From a virus (lineage: Duplodnaviria > Caudoviricetes), in the IMG/VR virus record IMGVR_UViG_3300012344_000017, positions 41,851 through 105,850 of that record: 64,000 bases of DNA; one strand, written 5' to 3'. Below, in pieces: positions 43,314-52,378 of the stretch. Both the position numbers and the translations under genes were made by a program. Position 1 is the stretch's first letter. Every line of letters begins with the position of its first letter. A model generated the notes under the pieces. That model did not search any database. It saw only the letters and a list, made by a program, of their open reading frames with translations, and was not told where the DNA came from.

Positions 43314-43576
43314 GGTCAAGCAATTGTTGAATTTTACTAAAGTCTGAACTATGTACAAAATAACATTCTAAGCCTTCGCTTGTATATTCTTTTGTAGCAC
43401 CGATTTCGTACTCACTATAAGACAAAATACATACATCATCATTGAGCGCTTCTTCATACTCTAACAATGTAATATTATTATCTCGACACACTTTTGAGCG
43501 CTCTTACATCTTTGTGGAATCGACGTAAGTCTAACTCTGATTCGGACATTTGTCCATTTCTTTTTCTTTTTGCCAT
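43285..43576 (-). pseudogene. Small gene apparently split by a 1-nt frameshift near 43492-43505
   Basis: MAKRKRNGQ...RFHKDV from ATG 43576 and CRDNNITLLEY... lie in adjacent frames. Confidence 0.4.
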
Positions 43577-43578
43577 AA

Positions 43579-43773
43579 TTAAGGACGTATAAAGATTATT
43601 CCGTCTTCAATGCAAGAGATATTCTCTTTGTCATCTGAGCTTCTTACGTCTCGTACACGAGGACAAGAAAACAGGTTGTCAAATATACACCCCTTGCAAT
43701 TGAATTGACGTTTAGCCCTAACAATGACATTTTTGATTTTGTAAATCCTGCCAGGACTAAGTTTTTTACTCAT
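43579..43773 (-). CDS. Small Cys-containing hypothetical protein
   Basis: CKGCIF..C..C..IIF pattern common in Bacteroidota phage proteins. Confidence 0.68.
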   Translation of the reverse strand: MSKKLSPGRIYKIKNVIVRAKRQFNCKGCIFDNLFSCPRVRDVRSSDDKENISCIEDGIIFIRP

Positions 43774-44240
43774 GATATATCACCAATAAATGTTAGTTTT
43801 ACCATCGGATACCCAACTCTTTGTTGTTGGTAATTTCCATTATGCTCATAGCCAATAGTTTTTATAACTTTTTCAGCTTTAGCCAAATGATAAATTAACC
43901 TTTTTCCAGTAGGTGTGTGAATAAACACAATCCATTTTGGCTTTTTGTCATATATTCTATCATATGTTTTTGATAGATTATGATAAAACACCCCAATTCC
44001 ATGCATTTTTTCAAGAGTTGTTAGATCTTGGTCTTTTATTATTACCTTAATCGTAGGCTCTTTCACTAAGGATTTAGACGAATACATCATTGCTTTTCGA
44101 CTAATTCCTCCAACACACACTACTCTGTTTTCTCCGTGGTTATAGCTGTGTATATACCCCTTAACAATCATTGGTTCCCCAACTTCTGTATTACTAGGTA
44201 GCAATCTTCTAACTACATCGCACATTACAAATTTACTCAT
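43770..44240 (-). CDS. Hypothetical protein
   Basis: 156-aa ORF with ATGA overlaps. Confidence 0.7.
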   Translation of the reverse strand: MSKFVMCDVVRRLLPSNTEVGEPMIVKGYIHSYNHGENRVVCVGGISRKAMMYSSKSLVKEPTIKVIIKDQDLTTLEKMHGIGVFYHNLSKTYDRIYDKKPKWIVFIHTPTGKRLIYHLAKAEKVIKTIGYEHNGNYQQQRVGYPMVKLTFIGDIS

Positions 44241-44614
44241 TTTGGAACGAATTTAATTTTATAACGTACAATTGATGAAATAACACCATTTCTCAGCTTA
44301 ATACCGAGTGTTGGTTTAACAGAGAATTGCTTGCACATATTGATATACTCAACAACATTCTTTGAGACTGGAATAATCTCTGAGAACCCTGCCTTTGGAT
44401 CATTGTACACAGCATAGAACTTAGTAGATTTACCATTAGATGTTGGTGTTTCAACAATCTTTTTGATACATTCTACCTTGCAAACCATAGTGTCAACTCT
44501 AACTGGGTCTGCTGCATGACACTTTGCAGTAACAAATAGCATCATTGCTATAATAACAAGAGCTATGACCCAACCAGCCCAGTGATTGTCTGGCTTTTCG
44601 TACAACTTAATCAT
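44237..44614 (-). CDS. Secreted/membrane hypothetical protein
   Basis: Hydrophobic helix followed by CHA-A; likely start MIKLYEK. Confidence 0.68.
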   Translation of the reverse strand: MIKLYEKPDNHWAGWVIALVIIAMMLFVTAKCHAADPVRVDTMVCKVECIKKIVETPTSNGKSTKFYAVYNDPKAGFSEIIPVSKNVVEYINMCKQFSVKPTLGIKLRNGVISSIVRYKIKFVPK

Positions 44615-44616
44615 AA

Positions 44617-44748
44617 CTATTTGCTCACAAACGATCCACAACCTGTTACAGGGTATTTACCACTGCAACTTTTCACACACTTGGTACAAATAGATTTGAT
44701 AGTAGGAAGAACATCTTTCTCCCACTTTGTTTTGTGATAATTTGCCAT
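44617..44748 (-). CDS. 43-aa Cys-rich peptide (TAG stop)
   Basis: Fills the gap between neighbours; CTKC..C..C. Confidence 0.5.
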   Translation of the reverse strand: MANYHKTKWEKDVLPTIKSICTKCVKSCSGKYPVTGCGSFVSK

Positions 44749-44750
44749 AA

Positions 44751-45029
44751 TTAATGAATAACTATAAATTTAACATTTGTCTTGCCTGCTCCTGGAACAT
44801 CCTTATGCTTGTTGTTAACAAAACTATTAAGTTTGTTGTAAAGAGACATTGCGTTAACCTTACTTAACCCTGAAGAGAGGATCATTGTAGACCCTCCCTC
44901 CTTTGCTACAACCTTGTAGTTTACGTACTCAGCATCTGTTTTACCTTTTGCTGATTGCGGTTTAACTACTTGGTTATGCGTCTGTGTATTGTGCTTCTTC
45001 ATCGAACCATGGTTTACAATCCTCACCAA
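44751..45029 (-). CDS. Hypothetical protein
   Basis: 92-aa ORF; start uncertain. Confidence 0.65.
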   Translation of the reverse strand: MVRIVNHGSMKKHNTQTHNQVVKPQSAKGKTDAEYVNYKVVAKEGGSTMILSSGLSKVNAMSLYNKLNSFVNNKHKDVPGAGKTNVKFIVIH

Positions 45030-45381
45030 TGTTTTTAATCACTTCTGGCTCACTGAGCCTATCTTCTGCGATACTAGCAATAGATACAGCCATCTTCTCT
45101 AAGGATTTAATATCTGATACCTTGTTGTGGTTACCATTAATGTCCATTGAGACAATAATTGACTGTTCGCCCGTCTCTTCGTTGTGAGATGTACCAATTG
45201 ACTCAAGTGCAGGAATTTTCTTTCTCCACTTGCTCTCAATGTAATTTGGACTGTCAAAATCCACATGATCTGGATCAAAGGTAACTGTTGCTACTACCTT
45301 TGTTGCAATGCCATCTGCATATACAGACGAGTTTACTTTTGGGTATTTTCCACCCATCATTCTAGCTAAAATACATTTCAT
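44974..45381 (-). CDS. Hypothetical protein
   Basis: 135-aa ORF. Confidence 0.72.
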   Translation of the reverse strand: MKCILARMMGGKYPKVNSSVYADGIATKVVATVTFDPDHVDFDSPNYIESKWRKKIPALESIGTSHNEETGEQSIIVSMDINGNHNKVSDIKSLEKMAVSIASIAEDRLSEPEVIKNIGEDCKPWFDEEAQYTDA

Positions 45382-45459
45382 AATTTTGATAATTTAATGA
45401 ATGTTGTTTACTTGTATAAGACTTACCGCTTATACTCGGTTTAAGAATACCAAATATCA

Positions 45460-45693
45460 TTAATGATTTCGTATTTCATGATTACGTTGTTTTAAATCAC
45501 CTAATATAATGAGAAACCCTATTGTTGTACACAATAATAGTATGTATAATATTAATATCCACAATGCTATTGTAAATAACCAATATCCTATCATTGTCAA
45601 AATTCCAAACGCACCTATTATAAATAGTATGTAACCACATCCTGTAATCGGACATGGCTCAGGAATACCTGTTACATCAATATCTTCGTGCAT
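45460..45693 (-). CDS. Small membrane protein
   Basis: Long hydrophobic stretch; TAATG overlap. Confidence 0.65.
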   Translation of the reverse strand: MHEDIDVTGIPEPCPITGCGYILFIIGAFGILTMIGYWLFTIALWILILYILLLCTTIGFLIILGDLKQRNHEIRNH

Positions 45694-45986
45694 TACTTAG
45701 AGTTTAACGAATCAACAACTGATTTAGCATTCAAATAGTCGGTACCCCAATCTGTGGCTAAATCTGTATCCATAAGATCTAAACCACGTGTACCATCGAG
45801 AGAGTCAAGCAAAGTTTCAGTACTTCTGTAGTACTCATCGTATGCTTCTAACTTAGCTTGTGCTTTACGGTTAAAACCATTTACATAGTTTGTTGCAAAA
45901 CACGCACCAACAATTAAGCCAACTACACCTCCGACTATAAAGAGGTTAAGCTGCTCCATAAAAGAATTAGCTTTATTTTCTTTCAT
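45693..45986 (-). CDS. Membrane-anchored early protein
   Basis: N-terminal TM segment followed by an acidic helix. Confidence 0.7.
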   Translation of the reverse strand: MKENKANSFMEQLNLFIVGGVVGLIVGACFATNYVNGFNRKAQAKLEAYDEYYRSTETLLDSLDGTRGLDLMDTDLATDWGTDYLNAKSVVDSLNSK

Positions 45987-46136
45987 ATTTATATGTATTT
46001 ATTGATTAATTTACATAATAAAAACACACCTATTCTCGCGAACCAGTGTGTTATGAGCATCAAATAAAACAATGGCTCCTAAAGTATTTCGGAAGTGATT
46101 ACTCAAGCATAAAGTCTCCCGAAGGAGACAATATGC

Positions 46137-46865
46137 TTAATACGCTGAAGTTGTACCTGGTGCTACTGGAGCTGGTTGACCTGTTGGAGGTAACGGAGAC
46201 TGTGCTTGCTGTTGACCTGTAGGTTGTGCTGGTGCACCTTGGGCAGCACCTGCCATAAGACTTGTTGGGTCGAATGCATTTTGTTCTGCCTTAGATGTGG
46301 CCTGAACAGGATTACGGAAGAAGTGTTGTTCCATACGAGCACCTTGTGCATTCTTTGAGTATGGCTCAATGTAGTGAGTTGTTCCGTTGGCATCAATGAA
46401 GTCTATCTGTACGAAGACTGCGATACTGTTACGGATAACTCGCTGATTGTTGCCATCAAGCGTAGGTGAACCGTCAATCTGATTTGCATAGCAAGGGCCT
46501 TTTGCAAATTCGTATTCCTCAAAACAGCCGCCAGGGAACTCGAGTAGCTGACCCCAAGTTTCTGGGTCAGATGTGTATTCTGGAGATGTTTTGAAGTTTG
46601 CTAGATTTACGTCAAAGCCATCTTGATGTGTAGGATCAGCTGATGGTGTAGCATACTTCTGAAGAACCTCGAATATCTCTGGACTTAGATCGTCATCAAA
46701 GAGGACGACATTCTGTTTTTTGCCCAGAAGAGACTTTTTGTTCTTCATGCCGATTACCAAGAATTTACTGATTTTACCGTCTCTGTTCGCTTTCTTGGCT
46801 TGACCGATTGAGAGACTGATTGTTCTGAATGCGCCAATCTGTGCGCCTGGAATGATACCGTTCAT
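46137..46865 (-). CDS. Early protein with Gln/Pro/Ala-rich tail
   Basis: 242 aa; many Gln, none encoded by TAG. Confidence 0.8.
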   Translation of the reverse strand: MNGIIPGAQIGAFRTISLSIGQAKKANRDGKISKFLVIGMKNKKSLLGKKQNVVLFDDDLSPEIFEVLQKYATPSADPTHQDGFDVNLANFKTSPEYTSDPETWGQLLEFPGGCFEEYEFAKGPCYANQIDGSPTLDGNNQRVIRNSIAVFVQIDFIDANGTTHYIEPYSKNAQGARMEQHFFRNPVQATSKAEQNAFDPTSLMAGAAQGAPAQPTGQQQAQSPLPPTGQPAPVAPGTTSAY

Positions 46866-47465
46866 AATTCTGCAGTTTTATGTTATTTACGCTATTTATT
46901 AATGAGGCATAAACAAAAGAAGATGAGTGAAAGGTTCGATAGACAGGAGAGAGATAGATTCTCACCCTTATGTCTTCCAATAAGCCATTCTCAACTTAAT
47001 TTGTTTAATCTCGTCTTTTAGGAGAATTTGTTTATTAGTTGCTAAGCAAGAATGCCAAGTAAGCAAGGTTGTGTATTGATGGAGGGTGGAAGTGTCCTGC
47101 ATAATAGTCGTATTTTCTTTCTACCTTCTTGTAGGTATGGAGTATATTTATATACGAAATACCTTTCTTAGTTCTTTCTTTTCAGAGAGAAACACAGAAA
47201 GAGAATATATAAGAGAAAGATATAAAGAGAGAGTTCATCTCTCTTATTACCGTTTTTAAGGAGCAGATGTTTATTAGATGCTCAGCAGCAGCGTGAATAC
47301 ACCCACGTACAAGCAAGAATGTGAATGTTGCCAGCAGTGAGTGTACTAAAATATGCTCTCAGACGCATTTTAAGGCACCTACAAGCGCGTATCTCAATCC
47401 TACTGAACAATTACCCAGCGTGTACATTTTAATGCCTTAGAGAGCAAATTAGACACAAGGCCCGC

Positions 47466-47705
47466 TTATTTAGCGAGCTTTGCATCCAACTGTGATGATA
47501 CGTAAAGGTAAGAACTCATCTGGTCCCCGCCATCCATGTCATAAACATTATTGCGATCCATAATAGAATCAGCAAGCCGTCCTTTAAGGATAGCAAGTTT
47601 GTATGTTGCTCTGTATCTGGATTTGCATCCATGCCAACCACACTGAACGCCAAGAACAAATGATACAACACACACTAAAGTTGAGATAATGATAGTCTTT
47701 TTCAT
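47466..47705 (-). CDS. Membrane-anchored early protein (resembles 45693-45986)
   Basis: N-terminal TM segment; L.DS...D.D..D....YL....D pattern. Confidence 0.68.
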   Translation of the reverse strand: MKKTIIISTLVCVVSFVLGVQCGWHGCKSRYRATYKLAILKGRLADSIMDRNNVYDMDGGDQMSSYLYVSSQLDAKLAK

Positions 47706-47808
47706 ATTGATTATGTTTTAATTATTAATATTAACAAACTTTCTAAGTTTGCTGTGTCGTTTGATAGATGAAGTTTTTTCTTAGTTGCTAAGAGGATAAG
47801 ACCCCAGA

Positions 47809-47982
47809 TTACTCTGGGATCATTACCTGCTCTTGGTAGAAACGGACATTGATGTTCTTGCATGTAGCAAGCCAAGGACCAAAGTCCTTCATTAAGTCCT
47901 CAAATGAGTCGTAAGGCTTGCTGTGTTGCCAATAGTTCCTGTTTGTCTCTGCTGCGATTTTATAAACTGTCTTTGTATTCAT
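47809..47982 (-). CDS. 57-aa early protein
   Basis: MNTKTVYKIAAETNRNYW...; AT-rich leader downstream of a motif copy. Confidence 0.6.
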   Translation of the reverse strand: MNTKTVYKIAAETNRNYWQHSKPYDSFEDLMKDFGPWLATCKNINVRFYQEQVMIPE

Positions 47983-48059
47983 AATTATAAGTGTTAAACT
48001 GTTAATATTATCGCAAGAGTGAAGAATGTGTTTATTAGTTGTTAAGGGAGAAAGCAGAG

Positions 48060-48254
48060 CTATTTAGCCCTGCAATCCCAGATTATATACCCAATGACAG
48101 ATAGGAAGATGATAAACATCACATTGAGTAGAATGCGACCAAAGACCCCCAATAGCATAGTTGGAGAAGTATATGATACATATGAGCCCCAAGCAAACAA
48201 GCACTCAAGCGCAATAAGGAGAACGATAACGATAATGCATGAAATCTTAGTCAT
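48060..48254 (-). CDS. Small two-TM early protein (TAG stop)
   Basis: 64-aa hydrophobic ORF downstream of a motif copy. Confidence 0.65.
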   Translation of the reverse strand: MTKISCIIVIVLLIALECLFAWGSYVSYTSPTMLLGVFGRILLNVMFIIFLSVIGYIIWDCRAK

Positions 48255-48469
48255 AGTTGTAAATGTTTAAATGTTAATATCATAAGAAAGATGAAGATGA
48301 TTTATTAGATGCTCAGCAGAACAAAGGCGGGGGTATCCCGGATCGCGTACTTGGGGAGGGGGTCGCTATTATACTGTTTCACGTTTTTATACATGCATTA
48401 CCACTTTAAAATTAGAAAAAATATTTTTGTTCTCCCCTTTATACGCTCACTGTAACTTTTAAATTATAA

Positions 48470-48508
48470 AAAATAAAACAAAAAAAAGCCGAGGCGTTAA
48501 CCTCGGCT
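48470..48508 (-). terminator. Rho-independent terminator of the leftward 50289-48497 operon
   Basis: AGCCGAGG-TTAACG-CCTCGGCT followed by a long T run on the - strand. Confidence 0.85.
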
Positions 48509-48664
48509 AGCTTCTTTAAATTTTCTAAAGAAATCATTTATTTCTCTCATGTATATATGATTATCTCTTTCATACATAATAGAATCTATCCATTCTCCTG
48601 TACTATCTTTAAATCTTCCAACTCCAAGATAATTATAACAGTGTCCTTTGTACTCGTATACCAT
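48497..48664 (-). CDS. 55-aa protein, DUF1653-like
   Basis: YEYKG..Y.YLG...IMY......YMRE..DF..KF. Confidence 0.55.
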   Translation of the reverse strand: MVYEYKGHCYNYLGVGRFKDSTGEWIDSIMYERDNHIYMREINDFFRKFKEASRG

Positions 48665-48665
48665 T

Positions 48666-48938
48666 TTAGAACCTCCACCATCTAGTTGTTTCTTTCTTTA
48701 ACTCTTCGAGACACGCGTCATATTTCTCTTTCCAATACTTCTCCATGCCTCTACTCCATTCTAAATCATATTTTAGTTGCGCTATAACTGATTGTAGCGA
48801 TTCTATTACGCTACCATTATTTGTGTCAGATTTGCTATTCTGCACAAGCTTCTCGTAGTCCTTCTTATCAAGGATAACATAGTCCTTAAGCTGTCTAATT
48901 TGCTGTACTAAATCTGTTTCTTTCGTCTCCATCTCCAA
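48666..48938 (-). CDS. Coiled-coil hypothetical protein
   Basis: 90-aa ORF. Confidence 0.65.
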   Translation of the reverse strand: MEMETKETDLVQQIRQLKDYVILDKKDYEKLVQNSKSDTNNGSVIESLQSVIAQLKYDLEWSRGMEKYWKEKYDACLEELKKETTRWWRF

Positions 48939-49095
48939 AAACCTCCTTAAACTTCCAAAATTCTCCTTTTTCGTCCATCTGAAATGCCAGATCTATTATC
49001 TGTCTAATATGCTCAGAATCAGGCACTTCTCGCAGATCGTCATATAGTCTCAGCATCGCTTCCTTGAACTCCGGGTTCATGTGTGACTCCTTCAT
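48895..49095 (-). CDS. Hypothetical protein
   Basis: 66-aa ORF ending TAG, with a TAA three codons later. Confidence 0.58.
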   Translation of the reverse strand: MKESHMNPEFKEAMLRLYDDLREVPDSEHIRQIIDLAFQMDEKGEFWKFKEVFGDGDERNRFSTAN

Positions 49096-49261
49096 CTTTT
49101 ACTTCTTTAAGGGCTTTTATAACCTCTTCTTTAGTTGTTTCTATCTTACTCTGTTCAGCTTGTTCTACAAGCTCTCTTATCTGCTTTACTGTAGTACCAG
49201 CTTTAAGGATAAGATCACCGTCTTTATCGTATAAATTGCTATACTTACTAATCTTTCCCAT
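49040..49261 (-). CDS. Hypothetical protein
   Basis: 73-aa ORF. Confidence 0.62.
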   Translation of the reverse strand: MGKISKYSNLYDKDGDLILKAGTTVKQIRELVEQAEQSKIETTKEEVIKALKEVKDEGVTHEPGVQGSDAETI

Positions 49262-49349
49262 ATCTATTACATAATATCCAGGCTAACAATACCGCTGATC
49301 CCGGAAGAATTAAAAACATAAAAATTAAATCAAATGGATTCATCGTCAT
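49245..49349 (-). CDS. Small single-TM peptide
   Basis: MTMNPFDLIFMFLILPGSAVLLAWILCNRYGKD-TAG-TAA. Confidence 0.45.
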
Positions 49350-49452
49350 TATGTATATCGTAAAAACCTAATTGCCTTCCCCTTTTCTCTGCTCTTTCTA
49401 TTATCTGAGCCGCTTTAAGGAAGTTTTCATCCTAAGCTATTCTACTCAGCAT
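49330..49452 (-). CDS. 40-aa peptide (TAG=Gln at codon 7)
   Basis: MLSRIAQDENFLKAAQIIERAEKRGRQLGFYDIHNDDESI; overlaps its neighbours. Confidence 0.45.
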
Positions 49453-49897
49453 GGGCTACGTATTTCGTGCACTCTTCCTCTATAATTTCACCATCGTCGT
49501 TACGTGTTATATGTGTGTATTTTTTCTTTGATCTATTGTATTTAAATGCTCTGAAAGCCTTATCTCGCTCCTGTTTATCATCATAACGATGTATGTATTT
49601 CATCATCTATGTAGCATTTACAGAGCCTGCAACACCTAAATTACAGAGGTTTTTAACAAAACTCTAAGCCCCATCTTCACCAAACTTATGTTTTAGCATA
49701 CTGTACTCTTTAAGGCTTTTCTAGAACCACTAATTCTCTACATCATACGTAGGCTCCTAGTCTATTATGTAGGCTATGTTTATAGGGAAGCCGTGTACGA
49801 AGAAATATTTACACTATTCCGTACAAGGTCTGTCCTAATACTGTAGAGATAAAAAGTCGGCATAATAGAGTACAGCGCTCATTTCTACATAATTCAT
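49427..49897 (-). CDS. Hidden 156-aa protein with 8 in-frame TAG
   Basis: ATGA overlap with the upstream stop; open to TGA if TAG=Gln. Confidence 0.75.
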
Positions 49898-50289
49898 GCC
49901 TTCTTAGCTGTTTTTTGTACACACTGAGTAAAGTATCCAACTAGATAAGCAAATACTTCATTTGTATCGTCTGTGAGCTTTATATGGCATGCATCCAATA
50001 TATCCACAGCTGCATGAAATGATTCATGAGCAAATGTGTTAGCATTCTCTATATCGTCCTCAAGCTTGTTTATCACAATAACTTCACAATCTTTGTTGTT
50101 CTCTTTATCATACGCCCCTCTAACTGTATATGCTGTAAAATCAGACCATTCGTCATCAAGGATAGATGTATCATCTTCTCTAAATGAGAACCTCTTATCT
50201 ACTACAGTCTTATCTGGATTAAGTATGACATACAAATCAAAGCAGTATACTGTGTTGTATTTATCTATTATACACTTCTTTTTATCCAT
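49894..50289 (-). CDS. Small zincin-like metalloprotein
   Basis: AHESFH...NEVFAYL motifs. Confidence 0.75.
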   Translation of the reverse strand: MDKKKCIIDKYNTVYCFDLYVILNPDKTVVDKRFSFREDDTSILDDEWSDFTAYTVRGAYDKENNKDCEVIVINKLEDDIENANTFAHESFHAAVDILDACHIKLTDDTNEVFAYLVGYFTQCVQKTAKKA

Positions 50290-50580
50290 ACTATTTATTA
50301 TTAGTCTTACTATTCTTACTAAGCTTATATATTACACTCTACAATATCTGTATAGCTTATATAGTCTTATATAGCTGTACTACTAAAGTAGATCTCCTAA
50401 AGAGAATATATAAGAGAAAGGGTTCTTAATCTGTCAACCCCCCCTACTATCCCCCTAACGTAAAAAATGCAAAAAAGTTGCATATCGTACAGAAAAGTAC
50501 AGTTTGTACAAAATTTTTATACCGTTTGCAACCATTTTAAAAATTTGTTCGTTATGGCAGCGTAAAACAATTAAAATTTA
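50290..50580. promoter_or_regulatory. Divergent intergenic control region (possible origin)
   Basis: Strand switch, AT-rich, C-tracts, 22-nt sequence shared with 47198-47219. Confidence 0.45.
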
Positions 50581-51006
50581 ATGGATATGACAAAGATTTT
50601 AAAGGTTATTAAGCCATTCTTTGTAATGGAAGTTGGCGATACATTCGAGTACAACGAGAAGACAAAGGAGTATAAGAGTGTGTATAACGAAGAGCATAAT
50701 AGCTCAAACGAAGAGAATTCTACGGTTGTTTCCTCATATAATTCAGTTTATACAATTTCTGAAGACTATGCAAAGATGCTTGTTGAGAACGACTATCTCG
50801 AAGAGGTTATGCCAAACACAGCTAGAGACAAGCAGTTCGTTAATATCTTCGACGAGATTGAGCACCTGCTTATTCAGTATAACACTGATCTGAATACCCT
50901 TTTGAACTCTAAGGACGATACTCCTCAGTGTTTAAAGGTTGAGAAGGAGACAGTTCTTCGTAATATGATTAAGTTACTCCAGCACCTTAAATCGTTGAAG
51001 AAGTAA
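50581..51006 (+). CDS. Hypothetical protein
   Basis: 141-aa ORF, TAG-free. Confidence 0.78.
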   Translation: MDMTKILKVIKPFFVMEVGDTFEYNEKTKEYKSVYNEEHNSSNEENSTVVSSYNSVYTISEDYAKMLVENDYLEEVMPNTARDKQFVNIFDEIEHLLIQYNTDLNTLLNSKDDTPQCLKVEKETVLRNMIKLLQHLKSLKK

Positions 51007-51007
51007 T

Positions 51008-51436
51008 ATGGAAGACGAGAAGATGATTGACCAGACTCAGTTGGCTGAGGATTTGTCAGCAAAGATTAAATACGACTTTGTTAAGCAATTCCTTGTTAAA
51101 CCACTGGAGCCTGTAATGGTAAAGAAGAAGGTCTCCGAACCTGTGGCAAAAGATACTAAGCCAAAGAAGGATAAGGATGGGATCGAAGCTGTTGATTATG
51201 ATGACGTAAAGGAAGAGATTAAAGAGGTTGAGTCAGACTATAGAAGGGGCGTAGTTCTTAAACTTCCGTTTAATTATACTCATCCATACGACGATGATAA
51301 GATTAAACAAATGCCTATCAAGGTTGGCGATGTAATTATATACAAGCCATTTAGAACTACTTATTTCGATCTACTTAAGGACTCTCAATTGGTAGAGATT
51401 TACGACATCGTTGCAGTTGAAGAAGTTACTAAGTGA
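51008..51436 (+). CDS. GroES/Cpn10-like co-chaperonin
   Basis: FLVKP...RGVVL...IKVGDVIIY...DIVAV pattern. Confidence 0.6.
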   Translation: MEDEKMIDQTQLAEDLSAKIKYDFVKQFLVKPLEPVMVKKKVSEPVAKDTKPKKDKDGIEAVDYDDVKEEIKEVESDYRRGVVLKLPFNYTHPYDDDKIKQMPIKVGDVIIYKPFRTTYFDLLKDSQLVEIYDIVAVEEVTK

Positions 51437-51660
51437 TGAATATTGATAAAGTTTGCAGAGAGATCGGACATAAGCTCAACGAAGATCCAGAGTTGGTAAA
51501 GCAGATAGTTATGCACCAGTTTAAATTTGTTGTAGATGTTATGAAAGACCCGGATGACACTAGAGATGTGCTGATAAACAAACTTTTCAGATTTAAGCTT
51601 AAGGGAAGATTTAAAGATAATAAAACAAAAGATTACAGTCCATATGAAAAAGATAGTTAA
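51433..51660 (+). CDS. HU/IHF-like small DNA-binding protein
   Basis: Two helices followed by DVLINKLFRFKLK strands. Confidence 0.5.
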   Translation: MMNIDKVCREIGHKLNEDPELVKQIVMHQFKFVVDVMKDPDDTRDVLINKLFRFKLKGRFKDNKTKDYSPYEKDS

Positions 51661-52036
51661 TATAGTCCGTACTCCAATTATGATCGACACTGATACACTC
51701 GAGGTAAGTACACTTGACAAAGGTCCTAGATCAATTGATGAGATTTATGTAATTCCCGAGGATGCTACAATCATTTGGAAGAAGGTAAACGCCGAAGCCG
51801 AAGATAGGACAGTGGATGTTAAGAAAGGCGATATCATGATTACATTCTACGATCGAGATTACAAAAAAGATTTCGTTATCGTTAATGGTGCAGATGAATG
51901 GAAGGATGCAATCAATAACTACAAGACCGCTACGCAGAAGCGAAAGGAAGAGTGGGCTGCTAAACAGAAGTCGCAAGAGCTGTGTTGCGAAGATTGTTCA
52001 AACTGTCCAGATTGTGAAGTAAAAGGGTCAATTTAA
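51644..52036 (+). CDS. Hypothetical protein with Cys-rich tail
   Basis: 130-aa ORF. Confidence 0.72.
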   Translation: MKKIVNIVRTPIMIDTDTLEVSTLDKGPRSIDEIYVIPEDATIIWKKVNAEAEDRTVDVKKGDIMITFYDRDYKKDFVIVNGADEWKDAINNYKTATQKRKEEWAAKQKSQELCCEDCSNCPDCEVKGSI

Positions 52037-52047
52037 ATGTTTAAATT

Positions 52048-52368
52048 ATGAAGAAGGTTACTAAAACAACAAAGAATACAAAGAAGTCTGCATTGGTAGT
52101 GGATTTCACGGATGAGTTCAATATTAATCATCCACGATTTGCATTCATTGAAGCAAAGTTGAAGCAAGGTGTACCATTCACACAGAACGACTTTGACTGT
52201 ATATGTGATTTGATGAGAGATTATATTCTAAGAGAAATGTTTAGAGAATATAATTCTGTAATTAATGTTAACGGGATGCTTATTCATCGTAATGCATTCG
52301 AGATTAATATTAAGACAAAGCAGCCTTGGTACAAGAGATTATGGAATTGGATTACTCATAAGAAGTAA
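52048..52368 (+). CDS. Hypothetical protein
   Basis: 106-aa ORF ending PWYKRLWNW. Confidence 0.72.
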   Translation: MKKVTKTTKNTKKSALVVDFTDEFNINHPRFAFIEAKLKQGVPFTQNDFDCICDLMRDYILREMFREYNSVINVNGMLIHRNAFEINIKTKQPWYKRLWNWITHKK

Positions 52369-52378
52369 TCGACCTTTA

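Larger units (their letters stand above)
47031..48319 (-). promoter_or_regulatory. Five copies of CT(T/G)A(G/A)CA(A/T)CTAA(T/G)AAA, candidate phage early promoter
   Basis: Copies near 47031-47046, 47270-47285, 47777-47792, 48031-48046 and 48301-48316; all intergenic and co-oriented with early genes. Confidence 0.65.

Noticed and set aside
19972-46980. Numerous + strand ORFs opposite replication and early genes, and - strand ORFs opposite late genes
   Set aside because: Antisense shadows of codon-biased real genes.
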